A stretch of DNA of 64,000 nucleotides from a virus (Duplodnaviria > Caudoviricetes). This document shows, piece by piece, positions 27,460 through 36,972 of this stretch (the stretch's first letter is position 1; each line of letters opens with the position of its first letter). The notes beneath the pieces were generated by a model, which saw only the letters and a program-made list of their open reading frames with translations, was not told the origin of the DNA and did not search any database. The stretch spans positions 14,632-78,631 of IMG/VR virus record IMGVR_UViG_2663763243_000005; one strand, given 5' to 3'. Both the position numbers and the translations under genes were made by a program.

Positions 27460-28275
27460 ATGAATTTCAGTGATACTAAAAGTAGTGAGTTTCCTAAAAA
27501 AACTGTTGTTAATGTATTTGAAGTAAATCAAGACTCCAGTAACTCACTGTTCTCCTCTTTGCAACAGTGTGCGAACTTCAAGCAAGATGCCGAATTTAAG
27601 ATAAACTCGACTAGAACTATACGTATACGTAAGATTAACTACGACGGAAATAACTGCTACTGTCACATTACTTTCTACAATCCAAAAGAAAGCGTATCCA
27701 TAACGCCAATAACGAGCACTGCGCTGGATTTATTAGATGTGGATAACTACGACACTTGTCATCTATTTATGCTTGTGAATGGAAATCGTATACGTGCAAT
27801 ATCACAAATATCCTATAACTGGATGGATAAAAAAATAAAATTATTTTTAGATCAATTGAGTATTTACGTAAAACCAACTGTAGTATTAGACCAAGAAGTA
27901 ATTCAATCGATTAAAGATGAAGGATTTTCATCATTACATGTAAATGCAACCATTCACTCAACTACATTTAAAGATGATGCTATAACAGGTATTTTTAGAA
28001 AGGTTCCCAAGGCAGGAAGTAATGGCATTTATGGGAATATCACTTTTTCATCTAAAAATAATCCTGCAATCGCAGTTTCAGTTGAGAATAACACTCAGTC
28101 TTGGGTTGATGATTTAGGCTCTGATTTTTATATAAAAACAAAAAAAGGACAAAAAATAACTGGCGATAAAATAAAACTCCATAGGATGTATTATACTTTA
28201 CCCTATGGTTCTAAAACAATAACTTCCTCATCTGCTTTTGAAATTCTTTATCATTTTAAGTTAAATGTGTTATAA
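27460..28275 (+). CDS. Hypothetical soluble protein, RexA-like size and layout (candidate defence sensor)
   Basis: 271 aa from ATG 27460 (AAGGA RBS); very AT-rich; first gene of a two-gene moron. Confidence 0.7.
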   Translation: MNFSDTKSSEFPKKTVVNVFEVNQDSSNSLFSSLQQCANFKQDAEFKINSTRTIRIRKINYDGNNCYCHITFYNPKESVSITPITSTALDLLDVDNYDTCHLFMLVNGNRIRAISQISYNWMDKKIKLFLDQLSIYVKPTVVLDQEVIQSIKDEGFSSLHVNATIHSTTFKDDAITGIFRKVPKAGSNGIYGNITFSSKNNPAIAVSVENNTQSWVDDLGSDFYIKTKKGQKITGDKIKLHRMYYTLPYGSKTITSSSAFEILYHFKLNVL

Positions 28276-28310
28276 TTAAATGAGTAACAAGATGAAAGAG
28301 GGTTGTTATA

Positions 28311-28820
28311 ATGAAAATTAAAGATCTCGATTGGAAATTAATTTCAACCCTAATTATATTTATAATACTGTCTATTTGCTTTTCTTTTTTCTTGGGAAGA
28401 AATCTTTCATCAAATGAAAATGCATTAAATTTAATTGCGAACGTATTTGCCGTTCTGAGTGGTTTTTTATTGTTAGTTATAACAATGACTAGTGACACTG
28501 CATCTATTTCCTCAGGATTATCACAAACTGAAAAAAACAATCAAAAAACAAGATTTAACATAAGATTCAAACGATACTATTTACTTTTTTCATTGTATTT
28601 TTTCGTTTTGTTAATGATTTTCATTTACTACATAATATGTAAAAAACCTAATGCTATTGATTCATTAATATTAACTTATTTTCGTATATCGTTAGAGTAT
28701 TTAATTGCATTTTTCACATCACTATCATTTTCACTTTCCTTATTGATCCCAATATTGATAAGAGAGCTGTACTTCGAAAAAATAGAGCTCTCAGAAAAAA
28801 AAGATAATCATGATGACTAG
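28311..28820 (+). CDS. Four-TM membrane protein, RexB-like (candidate defence effector)
   Basis: Four hydrophobic segments, IANVFAVLSGFLL motif; GAGGG RBS. Confidence 0.75.
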   Translation: MKIKDLDWKLISTLIIFIILSICFSFFLGRNLSSNENALNLIANVFAVLSGFLLLVITMTSDTASISSGLSQTEKNNQKTRFNIRFKRYYLLFSLYFFVLLMIFIYYIICKKPNAIDSLILTYFRISLEYLIAFFTSLSFSLSLLIPILIRELYFEKIELSEKKDNHDD

Positions 28821-28822
28821 GT

Positions 28823-29230
28823 TTAGTCTTGACCTATATTTCTATCAAGAATACACAATACCCCACCAATAAACCCTATTGCCGTTTGCATCTCTTTCCT
28901 GATTGTCCCATCTGAGCACTTACGCCTTTTCGCTATCATTCGCAGTGAAACACCGTATACATAGTGCAAAATCACCAGCTCATACTCTTCTGGTTTATAC
29001 TTTTTCAATCGCGCCACACAGCCATCAATCATAATGCCGTCATCATCACAGCACTGTGGCCGTGATTTGTTGGTATATGGGAGTAGCCCCTTAAAGCCTG
29101 CGGCAATAGGTTGCCAATCTACCTGGCTATTATCATTAGCGGCCCATGCTCCCCAAAGCTCCAATAGATATTGAATATCCAGCATTGTTTTTTCCTGCTC
29201 TGACGGCAGGCTTTGCGGTGCGGCTCTCAT
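28823..29230 (-). CDS. Q: Late antiterminator Q
   Basis: DIQYLLELWGAWA...IAAGFKGLLP...CCDDDG...SDGTIRKEMQTA.GFI. Confidence 0.9.
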   Translation of the reverse strand: MRAAPQSLPSEQEKTMLDIQYLLELWGAWAANDNSQVDWQPIAAGFKGLLPYTNKSRPQCCDDDGIMIDGCVARLKKYKPEEYELVILHYVYGVSLRMIAKRRKCSDGTIRKEMQTAIGFIGGVLCILDRNIGQD

Positions 29231-29511
29231 AACTTACCTTCCTTTCGTAAAATATACTGGGTGCGCATAACGCCCTCGGCGTGATACAGACGGGCGGTGT
29301 CACTATCAATTAAACGGGTGCGCCGGTCACATTCGTCATGACATGCACCGCATCCCCAAGCCCCCTGCTCATCAGGTGGTTTGAGGGCGGTGCCACAGGT
29401 ACCCGCCAATCGGTAATGAGCCAGAACCACAGTTTCGGAATTGCCATTGCATATGCCGGGGATTCTTATTTGACACTCACGCCCCCTTGCCTCTTTGCGT
29501 AAATTAGCCAT
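29227..29511 (-). CDS. DUF1364/YbcO-like nuclease-fold protein
   Basis: LRKEARGRECQIRIPGIC...TVVLAHYR...C..CHD. Confidence 0.85.
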   Translation of the reverse strand: MANLRKEARGRECQIRIPGICNGNSETVVLAHYRLAGTCGTALKPPDEQGAWGCGACHDECDRRTRLIDSDTARLYHAEGVMRTQYILRKEGKL

Positions 29512-29519
29512 AAATCCCC

Positions 29520-30113
29520 CTACGCATAACTTAATAGCTGGCTGGCGGCATTCTCGGCAGCAGCTGGCGTGCTAAAAGTTTTGTTCAGGATAAATTGCCA
29601 AAGCACATCAAGAGTGGCTTTGTAGAGTTCAGCAAATTCGGTATCGTCCATCGAAGCAAAAGAGATCGATTTAGGCTCTTTAAATTGCGAGCCATCCGGC
29701 ATTTGAATAATGGCGTAATAACCAGCTTGAATGGTTGTCCAGCGGCGAAAAGCATCAAAGGATTTAAGCAGGGTTACGCGGTCGGCCCGCTGTTCTGCCA
29801 GGGTATCGAGGTACTGACGGGCTAATTCTTCCAGCGTATCGCTATGACCGGCATATTCTGCCAAATAGTTTACATAGCCGCGCACCAGTTTCTTTTCTTC
29901 AGGCGATATAGTGCCACCGGAGGGTGTCCAGTAATCAAAACCCAGATTCAATAAAGAGAAGTATTTACGGTGAAACTTTGGATTGCGGACCTGCTTAAAA
30001 TCAGCGGTGAGAATAGCCCCCAGCTTGACTTTATAATGCAGAAAATCTCTAACATCGGGCGTGGCCGGTGTCAGTGTCTCATTGCCAGATTTGATAAACG
30101 AAAGTTGTGCCAT
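29520..30113 (-). CDS. DUF1367 family protein
   Basis: RNPKFHRKYFSLL...KSFDAFR...KSISFASMD. Confidence 0.85.
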   Translation of the reverse strand: MAQLSFIKSGNETLTPATPDVRDFLHYKVKLGAILTADFKQVRNPKFHRKYFSLLNLGFDYWTPSGGTISPEEKKLVRGYVNYLAEYAGHSDTLEELARQYLDTLAEQRADRVTLLKSFDAFRRWTTIQAGYYAIIQMPDGSQFKEPKSISFASMDDTEFAELYKATLDVLWQFILNKTFSTPAAAENAASQLLSYA

Positions 30114-30186
30114 CTTGCCCCCAAGGGTGATGACACAACAACAACTTAGGTTGTCAGTTGTTCAGGCTGACTTGGTTATTATACCG

Positions 30187-30369
30187 TTAAATATCAGGGA
30201 TTGTAATGATATACCCCGCTCTTTCTGCCATCTCGATAAAGGCTGGCAGCGTTGCTATAAACTGATCGGGTTTTAATTGTGCAATACTTATTATGTTACC
30301 TTTTTCACTATGAATTACAGTTCGGCCATCCGCTGGTAAGTGTTGAATCAAGTTTTCTATAGTAATCAT
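30187..30369 (-). CDS. Small hypothetical protein
   Basis: 60 aa ORF in operon orientation, ending F.EMAERAGY. Confidence 0.55.
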   Translation of the reverse strand: MITIENLIQHLPADGRTVIHSEKGNIISIAQLKPDQFIATLPAFIEMAERAGYIITIPDI

Positions 30370-30516
30370 TAAGCTAATACCTTTATGATCTCAATAACCC
30401 CATACAGGGGACCTGGTTCAACCGATTTCATGTGAATGTCAGTTAAGTAAAGTTTCATATTCTAAATAGCGGATATAACCACATAAAAAGTATGAATATC
30501 AGCAATTTCTTGTTGA

Positions 30517-32712
30517 TTATGCCGCCATCCTCCAGATACACAGCTCTGGCATATTGGCCCTTACCAGTGCCTCGGCAAAGGGTGGCGGCACCGCATTGCC
30601 ACATCTTGCTACCTGTTCAGATTTGGGCCAGAGGGTGCCATCAATATCCCGATCAATAATGTAATCTGGCGGGAACCCGCTGGCGTTGTAGAGTTCACGG
30701 GCAATCAACATGCGCATACAAATATCAACGATGATGTATTCGCCTACCGATAGATATTGTGGTCGTGGTGCGGGGAATAAATGCCAGTCGTCTGGTAAAT
30801 CGCTGAAATGATCCACCAGCCGAGCACAGTTCCAGGCGTTATAGCGCTGCTCGTCGCTCAGAGGTTCAACATCAAAATTGTTTTCCACCAAGCCAAAACG
30901 CTCTTTAGTCGTCACCGCGTGTATTGGTTCCGAGAGATCTACTGAGCCACCGGTACCGTAATACTTGGTCAGAAAGGCGTTTATTATCCCGACATGATTA
31001 CCGCCGGCGGTTAAGGTCGGTACCGGTTCAGTGATCGGTTTACCATCGCGGCATGTGCCGCGCAATTGCACCAGGTGAGATGTACAAAGCGCGTGGTGAT
31101 CAACCGTGGTGATGGTGTGCAATGGCTGGTTAATATTGATGCCTGCACCGGTATAATTGCCACCGTAATGCTTTACCAAATGGGCAGCGACCATACCCAT
31201 GGCATGACCATTACCACCAGGGCGAACCGATGTACCGGCGGTGACTGTGGATAATGGCTCATCACATTGTTGGCCTATAGCGCCGGTTCTAAATTTGGTT
31301 ATATGCGGTGCCAGTATTGCACTGGCTAACTGGCTTTTACCTCCCCCACCCGCCGTAACGGTACCCAACGGTGTATTGATATCATTTGCCGTACTGTTAC
31401 CGAACTGACGCACAACAACAGGCGCAGCGACAGCAAAACCATGTGTTCTGGTAATGGTCTGCAACGGATCACGTAATGATTGCCCACGGAAGCAATCATA
31501 TTTGGTTTTGGTGCTGGTGTGGTTGCACTTCACCGCATACGGCTCCAGCAATAAATGCTCGGCCTTGCTGGTGATGGTGGTTAGCGGTTGGTCTATTGGA
31601 TACTGCAGACGATCGCCACCGAAACCGGTTTGGCCCAACCGCACAATAAACGGATCAGGGTTATCTATAACAAAGCGTTGCAGCCCTTTGACGATGCGCC
31701 GCAAGGTATTATCAGCCAAATCTTTCTTGCGACCGAAAATAGAGCGTGTTGGCTGGCTCCAGTCGATACATTCGGCCGCCGTTCGCCAAGGTTGCAGCAT
31801 GCCAGAAAGCACATCCGTAGAGTTTGGTGCGCCGTGGCTAGGTTCCGGCCAGACAACCGATTCACCGTCACAACGCCCGACCACAAACAGCCGTTTTCTG
31901 ATGGTCGGTGTGCCGTAATCACAGGCTTTCAGTTCTCGATGGTCCACGTTATACCCCAGCCCTGAAACCAACCTTGCCGCTTCAGGGCCATTGATATCTA
32001 TCTTCAAAAACTCACACACTTCGGTCAGCGCTGGATGATTGCCATCAATACCGGTACCCAGCATGTCAATAAATGCCTTGAACGTTTCCCCTTTACGGGC
32101 TGGATCGGGTCGGTGATTACCCTGGCTATCCGTCAATAATGGCCCCCAGCCGCGAAACTCTTCGACGTTCTCCAACATCAGAAAGCGTGGGCGGACTGCC
32201 AGCGCCCAGCGCAATACCACCCAGGCTAAACCACGAATTTCTTTCTTAACCGGCGTGCCGCCCTTGGCTTTGGAGAAGTGGCGGCAATCAGGACTGAACC
32301 AACCCAGCAATACCGGCAAACCGCCCGTTGATATGAGCGGGTCAACACTGAAAATATCCTCAGGGTAATGCAACGTACGTGGGTGATTGATGGCATGCAT
32401 CGCCATCGCCACTGGGTTATGGTTCATGGCAATATGTGGCTCATAGCCCAATGCTTGCTTAATCCCCTCGCAGCTCCCACCGCCACCAGCGAACCCCACA
32501 ACCACCAAACCATCCTGCAAATCAGGCCGCGCTACCGTGATTTCTTTACGTCGCGCCCATGCATGAGCCGCCTGTTGGATATGCTGCGGATTATCTCGAT
32601 TTAAAAACATCTGGTTCATTTGGAGCAAAAGCTGTTGCTGGTGGTCGGGACTCAAAGCATGTACCGGTATAACCGATGAGGCACATTGATTTACTTCCGT
32701 AGGCCAGATCAT
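30517..32712 (-). CDS. C5 DNA cytosine methyltransferase
   Basis: Motifs FAGGGG, SPDC, ENV, R.RLF, GNAV; central region of repeated P..T.T units. Confidence 0.92.
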   Translation of the reverse strand: MIWPTEVNQCASSVIPVHALSPDHQQQLLLQMNQMFLNRDNPQHIQQAAHAWARRKEITVARPDLQDGLVVVGFAGGGGSCEGIKQALGYEPHIAMNHNPVAMAMHAINHPRTLHYPEDIFSVDPLISTGGLPVLLGWFSPDCRHFSKAKGGTPVKKEIRGLAWVVLRWALAVRPRFLMLENVEEFRGWGPLLTDSQGNHRPDPARKGETFKAFIDMLGTGIDGNHPALTEVCEFLKIDINGPEAARLVSGLGYNVDHRELKACDYGTPTIRKRLFVVGRCDGESVVWPEPSHGAPNSTDVLSGMLQPWRTAAECIDWSQPTRSIFGRKKDLADNTLRRIVKGLQRFVIDNPDPFIVRLGQTGFGGDRLQYPIDQPLTTITSKAEHLLLEPYAVKCNHTSTKTKYDCFRGQSLRDPLQTITRTHGFAVAAPVVVRQFGNSTANDINTPLGTVTAGGGGKSQLASAILAPHITKFRTGAIGQQCDEPLSTVTAGTSVRPGGNGHAMGMVAAHLVKHYGGNYTGAGININQPLHTITTVDHHALCTSHLVQLRGTCRDGKPITEPVPTLTAGGNHVGIINAFLTKYYGTGGSVDLSEPIHAVTTKERFGLVENNFDVEPLSDEQRYNAWNCARLVDHFSDLPDDWHLFPAPRPQYLSVGEYIIVDICMRMLIARELYNASGFPPDYIIDRDIDGTLWPKSEQVARCGNAVPPPFAEALVRANMPELCIWRMAA

Positions 32713-33209
32713 TTAGCACCCCCGCCTTTTGTTTTGGCCCTGAGTATCGAATCCACATAAAAACGCTCACTGACATTGTGCAAGGTAAATTCCGCTACCG
32801 GTTTTTCATCGCGGGTAATATCAACATGTGGCGATTTCATCAAGCCAATCATACGCATCTGCAACATGCGCAGCGTAATGCCGTGATCCGGATAGGATTT
32901 ATCAAGCGCGGCAAGAATACCGGTATAGGTCAATGTTTTACCCAGCATCACTGCCACCAGCTCACTGGCTTTTAGCCGTAGTGCTGATGATGTGTTAGAT
33001 TTTTTAGCCGCTTTAGACTTCTCTGATTTCGTTGCTGCCGATGTAGGAATTACCACCTTTTTCGGCTTGACCGGCGGCGTATAAGGCGCTCGGCATCTGG
33101 CGCGAGCCGCCATTCCCCAGGCATCAATGATGCAGGATGAATGATCACATTTGTCGTCAATCACTGGCCGATTATCATTGATAAAATTATTACAGTTATT
33201 AATTTCCAT
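32709..33209 (-). CDS. Hypothetical early protein
   Basis: Starts in a CGAGGTATGACCAATG box; coupled to the methylase. Confidence 0.7.
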   Translation of the reverse strand: MEINNCNNFINDNRPVIDDKCDHSSCIIDAWGMAARARCRAPYTPPVKPKKVVIPTSAATKSEKSKAAKKSNTSSALRLKASELVAVMLGKTLTYTGILAALDKSYPDHGITLRMLQMRMIGLMKSPHVDITRDEKPVAEFTLHNVSERFYVDSILRAKTKGGGAK

Positions 33210-33226
33210 TGGTCATACCTCGCTCA

Positions 33227-33625
33227 CTACAGGGAATTCTTGTAATCCGTTGCTAACTTTTGCACCCGCCGACATTGGTCTAAATCAAACATGCCGATAT
33301 GGCATTGAGACATTGAAATCTCTAACTGTCCGGCCAACCATTCATATGCTTCTGGTCGCTTCATGCCAAACTCTTGCCACAGCGGATCAAATGCGGCATG
33401 TGCCAACCGCTTCGCCGCTCGTAACTGAGCGTTAGCCAGACGGCCAAGGGGATAAGCATCACTGTTTTTGTGACAGCCCACATAGGCCCCACAAGGCGCA
33501 CATGACCAAAAGAACTGTGAAGCTAAGTCTTGCCGCTGAGGGTAAATTTCATGTCCCCGCACCAGCTTCGCCCCTTTGCCGCAGTAATCGCAAAAGACCG
33601 CTCGGTTGATATTGATCGTTTCCAC
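33227..33625 (-). CDS. Zinc-finger protein (DUF3268-like)
   Basis: CDYC...C.PCGAYVGCH...PLGRLAN..LR...AH..FDPLW...CHIGMF. Confidence 0.8.
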   Translation of the reverse strand: METININRAVFCDYCGKGAKLVRGHEIYPQRQDLASQFFWSCAPCGAYVGCHKNSDAYPLGRLANAQLRAAKRLAHAAFDPLWQEFGMKRPEAYEWLAGQLEISMSQCHIGMFDLDQCRRVQKLATDYKNSL

Positions 33626-33628
33626 TTT

Positions 33629-34576
33629 TTAATCTCCGCTATAGGGCTGTTCACCACTTTCGGTGTAAGCCTGTTTGAGATAACCCCGCCAGGCGTTATG
33701 AGCTATCGTTTCGTTTTTCATCCGTAAATTGGCATTTTGGGCTTGTTTCAATGCCCTGCGTTCGGCTGAGTTTTTTGGCTCATTACCCTTGAGTACCAGC
33801 CGCCGGAATGCGCCTTCAAAATCAATATTCAAATGCCCTGTATGGGACTGGCTGGCTTTCGGCTCAAACAATCCCTGCCACTCATTGGCAATGCTTTGAG
33901 CAATGACCACCGCTGGTGCATGGCCGTTTTCCTTGAATATCGCCAGCTGATTGATTGCGCCCATTGCCCCCTGTTTGGTTTTAATTGGTTTTTTTAAATC
34001 ACAACGAAATTGAACCCACTCTTCCCACAACTCAGTCGGTAACCATTCCGGCAGTTCGATATTTAACGGATCAAATGTCTTACCTTCCCTTTTCCCCTTG
34101 GGGGGTACAGGGGGGTTTTCTTTTAGTTCTTTCTCTTCCTCTAACTCTTCCTCTGGTAACGCTTTTTGATCCGGTGGTGTAACGCCGCCAGCGTTACCTT
34201 TGTTGTTACGTTTTGATTTCGAATCTCTAAATTCAGTAACGCGCCTACTTGTAACTGCCCGTTTTTTAGAGCCTTTTCCGTTATGGCGGTCAAAGTCAGG
34301 AAAGTACATTTTCCCGCCGTCATGTTTTAACCATCCAACTGTTATCAGTGCATCAGCAAAACCAGACATAAAAGTGATACGGTCAATACCAATTCTTGTA
34401 ACGCTGACGGCGTTACCATCTGCGTTACCGTCGATGGTCTGTTGGTCAGCCCAGACCCAAACACGAATTAATTTCCCAAGCACTGTATCTGGGTCGATAT
34501 TCAGGATTTCAGCCAGTTGGAAGATCTCCGGTTTATCTGGAGTAATCACTTCGACTTTTATCCAACTTGATGCCAT
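33629..34576 (-). CDS. Replication initiation protein (O-like)
   Basis: WIKVE..TPDKPE N-terminus; LPEWL...W.EWVQFR...QSIANEWQGLF; position after the cII analogue. Confidence 0.8.
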   Translation of the reverse strand: MASSWIKVEVITPDKPEIFQLAEILNIDPDTVLGKLIRVWVWADQQTIDGNADGNAVSVTRIGIDRITFMSGFADALITVGWLKHDGGKMYFPDFDRHNGKGSKKRAVTSRRVTEFRDSKSKRNNKGNAGGVTPPDQKALPEEELEEEKELKENPPVPPKGKREGKTFDPLNIELPEWLPTELWEEWVQFRCDLKKPIKTKQGAMGAINQLAIFKENGHAPAVVIAQSIANEWQGLFEPKASQSHTGHLNIDFEGAFRRLVLKGNEPKNSAERRALKQAQNANLRMKNETIAHNAWRGYLKQAYTESGEQPYSGD

Positions 34577-34588
34577 ACCTACCCCGAT

Positions 34589-34777
34589 TCAGTGCTGCTC
34601 TGTAACGCTGATAACGTTACATTTGGCGTGACTAGTATTAAAAAGAGCGTTAAATGCTCTCCGTTGCCCTTGCATGGCTTCACGGGTAAATTGCCGTAAA
34701 ATCACCCGCGCCATATTTGCTGTGATAGGCATATTCCCGTACCGATAACCATTGCGATAAGTCAGTTTTTTAGCCAT
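34589..34777 (-). CDS. Small hypothetical protein
   Basis: 62 aa; GGAGG-like RBS; overlaps the upstream gene. Confidence 0.6.
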   Translation of the reverse strand: MAKKLTYRNGYRYGNMPITANMARVILRQFTREAMQGQRRAFNALFNTSHAKCNVISVTEQH

Positions 34778-35021
34778 GTGGCACCCGCCACGGCTTTTTA
34801 GCTTTAACGACTTTCGCTACCGGTTTATCCCGCATCCGCTTATAAGGCTTGGCGTATGTCTTAGCCCAAACTAACGCGCTGGCAAATGTAGAGTTCGGCG
34901 TATCGGTGTAATGCTTACCGCCTTGAATAGCCGCCGATCTGGCGACTGTCTCGCTAAAACCGGCACGTTGCAGTTCATCTCGTAATTGTTGCTCGACTTG
35001 TTCTCTGGAAAATCTGGCCAT
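34770..35021 (-). CDS. Small hypothetical protein
   Basis: 83 aa; starts in a CGAGGTATGACCAATG box. Confidence 0.7.
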   Translation of the reverse strand: MARFSREQVEQQLRDELQRAGFSETVARSAAIQGGKHYTDTPNSTFASALVWAKTYAKPYKRMRDKPVAKVVKAKKPWRVPHG

Positions 35022-35034
35022 TGGTCATACCTCG

Positions 35035-35475
35035 TTATGCAATCAACTGCTGTGTCAGCGGAATAAGTGCATGTATCGCCTCAGTGGCTTTAATTAATTT
35101 CTGCGACATATCAGAGCAGCCCAACAACACCGCACTCATCGCCAGCGAGAAATCGCGCAATGCTTGTGCCGCCAAATAATTCACTGAATTGGGGTTTTCC
35201 AATCTGGCACGCCGCTCTCCTGGCAATGCCTGAAGAATGGCTGGGGTAAGTTCGGCGATTTTTGCTCTGGCCTTGTCAGTGTCACTATCAACCCAGCGGA
35301 ACAAGCGCTGTTTGTTGTTGTATGTAGCGTGTTCATCCTCAATGGGCGTGAGTGGAAGCTCATCACCACCGAGATCGAAATAAGCCTGTGCCACTTCTGC
35401 CGCGACAATTTCTTGTTTGGTTTCTGCTGCCCAACTCCGCAATTCTGCGCAGATGGCATCATGTTTTAATTTCAC
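35035..35475 (-). CDS. ydaT: YdaT-family CII-equivalent regulator
   Basis: KHDAI..L.SWAA...QE.VAAE...AY...NNKQRLFRWV..DT......EL.PAI..ALP; position after cro. Confidence 0.8.
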   Translation of the reverse strand: MKLKHDAICAELRSWAAETKQEIVAAEVAQAYFDLGGDELPLTPIEDEHATYNNKQRLFRWVDSDTDKARAKIAELTPAILQALPGERRARLENPNSVNYLAAQALRDFSLAMSAVLLGCSDMSQKLIKATEAIHALIPLTQQLIA

Positions 35476-35493
35476 AGCGACCTCCTTATGAAA

Positions 35494-35513
35494 GCTGATT
35501 TTTAAAAATCAGC
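35494..35513. promoter_or_regulatory. YdaT-type operator (pRE position)
   Basis: Perfect palindrome GCTGATT-TTTAAA-AATCAGC, close to the TTGATT-N6-AATCAA site reported for YdaT. Confidence 0.7.
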
Positions 35514-35515
35514 GT

Positions 35516-35713
35516 TTACTGTGCTGGTGTTATAGGCTTGTCATAATCAATAGGGTCGTAATGCAATTCGCCATTAGAGGCTTTCTCTAATCGAACGGCC
35601 CTTTTCTCTGGGACTAAATCACCCCAAGCAGAAACTGATGGCGGCTTAACCCCCGCAGCTTTTGCCAGAGCACTCTTGGTGCCGAAATATTGAATGGCAT
35701 CTTTTTTTAACAC
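35516..35713 (-). CDS. cro: Cro-like repressor (DicC/YdaS type)
   Basis: GTG start after AGGAGAGG; AIQYFGTKSALAKAAGV...VSAWG..VP..RA. Confidence 0.85.
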   Translation of the reverse strand: MLKKDAIQYFGTKSALAKAAGVKPPSVSAWGDLVPEKRAVRLEKASNGELHYDPIDYDKPITPAQ

Positions 35714-35727
35714 GTCGCCTCTCCTGC

Positions 35728-35795
35728 TGTTAGATTTAGTTAACAAGTTATTTGTTCAGGAAATTTAAGTCAAGAGAATTTAGAATTACCTAACT
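35728..35795. promoter_or_regulatory. Three OR-like operators between cro and cI
   Basis: 18-bp imperfect palindromes (TGTTA-N8-TAACA type) starting at 35728, 35753 and 35778, 25 bp apart. Confidence 0.6.
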
Positions 35796-36188
35796 ATGAA
35801 AAATCCCGGTGAACGCATCAGAGAGCGGCGAAATGAGCTGCAACTAACCCAACGCAGCCTTGCAAAGGCGGTGAAAGTGTCCCATGTCACCATTTCACAA
35901 TGGGAAAGCAACGACAGTTCACCTTCTGGCAAAAATCTATTTGCCCTGAGTACCGCATTACAGTGCTCACCAACGTGGATTTTATACGGGGATACAGATC
36001 AATCCCCCTCACCCGCAGTAAAGATCCCACCTGAACTTGATGAGAGAGAAGCTGAACTAATTCAATTGTTTGCGTCTCTTCCTGAATCAGAAAAAGAGCG
36101 GCACTTAACAGACCTTCGGCTTAAAGTTGATGAGTTAAACCGACTTTTTGAAGAGCTGTTACAAACCAGAAAAAAACTCGCCAAATAA
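35796..36188 (+). CDS. cI: CI-like repressor (DicA/RacR type, no S24 peptidase domain)
   Basis: GERIRERR..L.LTQ..LAK.V.VS..TISQWE HTH; divergent from cro. Confidence 0.9.
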   Translation: MKNPGERIRERRNELQLTQRSLAKAVKVSHVTISQWESNDSSPSGKNLFALSTALQCSPTWILYGDTDQSPSPAVKIPPELDEREAELIQLFASLPESEKERHLTDLRLKVDELNRLFEELLQTRKKLAK

Positions 36189-36231
36189 ATATTCATACTT
36201 TTCAAATTCTTACCGCTAATTTCGCCCTTAT

Positions 36232-36283
36232 TGTTAAGTTTGTTTAAATTTACGATTGAATTTATTGTTAGTTTAAATTAACT
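36232..36283. promoter_or_regulatory. Two OL-like operators
   Basis: TGTTAAGTTTGTTTAAAT (36232) and TGTTAGTTTAAATTAACT (36266) resemble the OR sites. Confidence 0.5.
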
Positions 36284-36361
36284 TTAACCCATCAACGGCA
36301 CAACAGCCGCTTAGGTAAGCAAGTTCTGACAATCTGAAAGCAGATAAAAAGGGATAAGGCG

Positions 36362-36673
36362 ATGGCATTAGATCACGGAATATTAAACCTACCCCTCACT
36401 AAACGTGGGAATAGCGATTTTCACAAAGAGCTTGATGCTCACCTGAAAAGTGAAAAACGTATTGCGGCAGATAAACGCTTCGTAGCCGCTTCAAACTTTA
36501 ACGCTAACAAAGCTGCTGCACTTGAAGCCTTCAATCGTATCAGCGATACACTGTTAAAAGCAGAGGCGAAAAAACGTGGTGTAAGAGCAAGATCCCTGAA
36601 AAAAATTATTCGTGAAACATGTTCAGATAATCCAGTTAAGGCAATAAAGATTTTAGAATTGTTAACTGAATAG
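36362..36673 (+). CDS. Hypothetical basic early protein
   Basis: First ORF of the pL-like operon; RBS present. Confidence 0.65.
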   Translation: MALDHGILNLPLTKRGNSDFHKELDAHLKSEKRIAADKRFVAASNFNANKAAALEAFNRISDTLLKAEAKKRGVRARSLKKIIRETCSDNPVKAIKILELLTE

Positions 36674-36785
36674 GAACAACATAGTTAATATAAAAGAGTT
36701 ATTAGAAAAGATTCGTGAAATTATAGCGGGGTTAATAACGAGGCAATCATATGTTCATTTTCAATTTTTAATATTCAGGAAATTT

Positions 36786-36959
36786 ATGGAGCAACTATTA
36801 TTCGCTTTAGTTGTATCGGTATGCCCTGCTCATGAAATTTGTAGGGATATTGTCTATGAAGTTTATGACACCCAACAAGAATGTGAAAAAGTCATTTTCG
36901 AAAATAGGTTATTCAACGGCAACTGCTACCCAGTCGATGCCATTATTCATCAACAATAA
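36786..36959 (+). CDS. DUF1482 family small protein
   Basis: 57 aa, below ORF-track cutoff: MEQLLFALVVSVC...C.D....VYDTQQEC......GNCYPVD.IIH; AGGA RBS. Confidence 0.75.
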   Translation: MEQLLFALVVSVCPAHEICRDIVYEVYDTQQECEKVIFENRLFNGNCYPVDAIIHQQ

Positions 36960-36972
36960 CGAGGTATGACCA

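Noticed and set aside
36320-36350. boxA/boxB-like nut site (GTTCTGACA + ATCTG-AAAG-CAGAT)
   Set aside because: Weak match, no second copy found and no clear N protein
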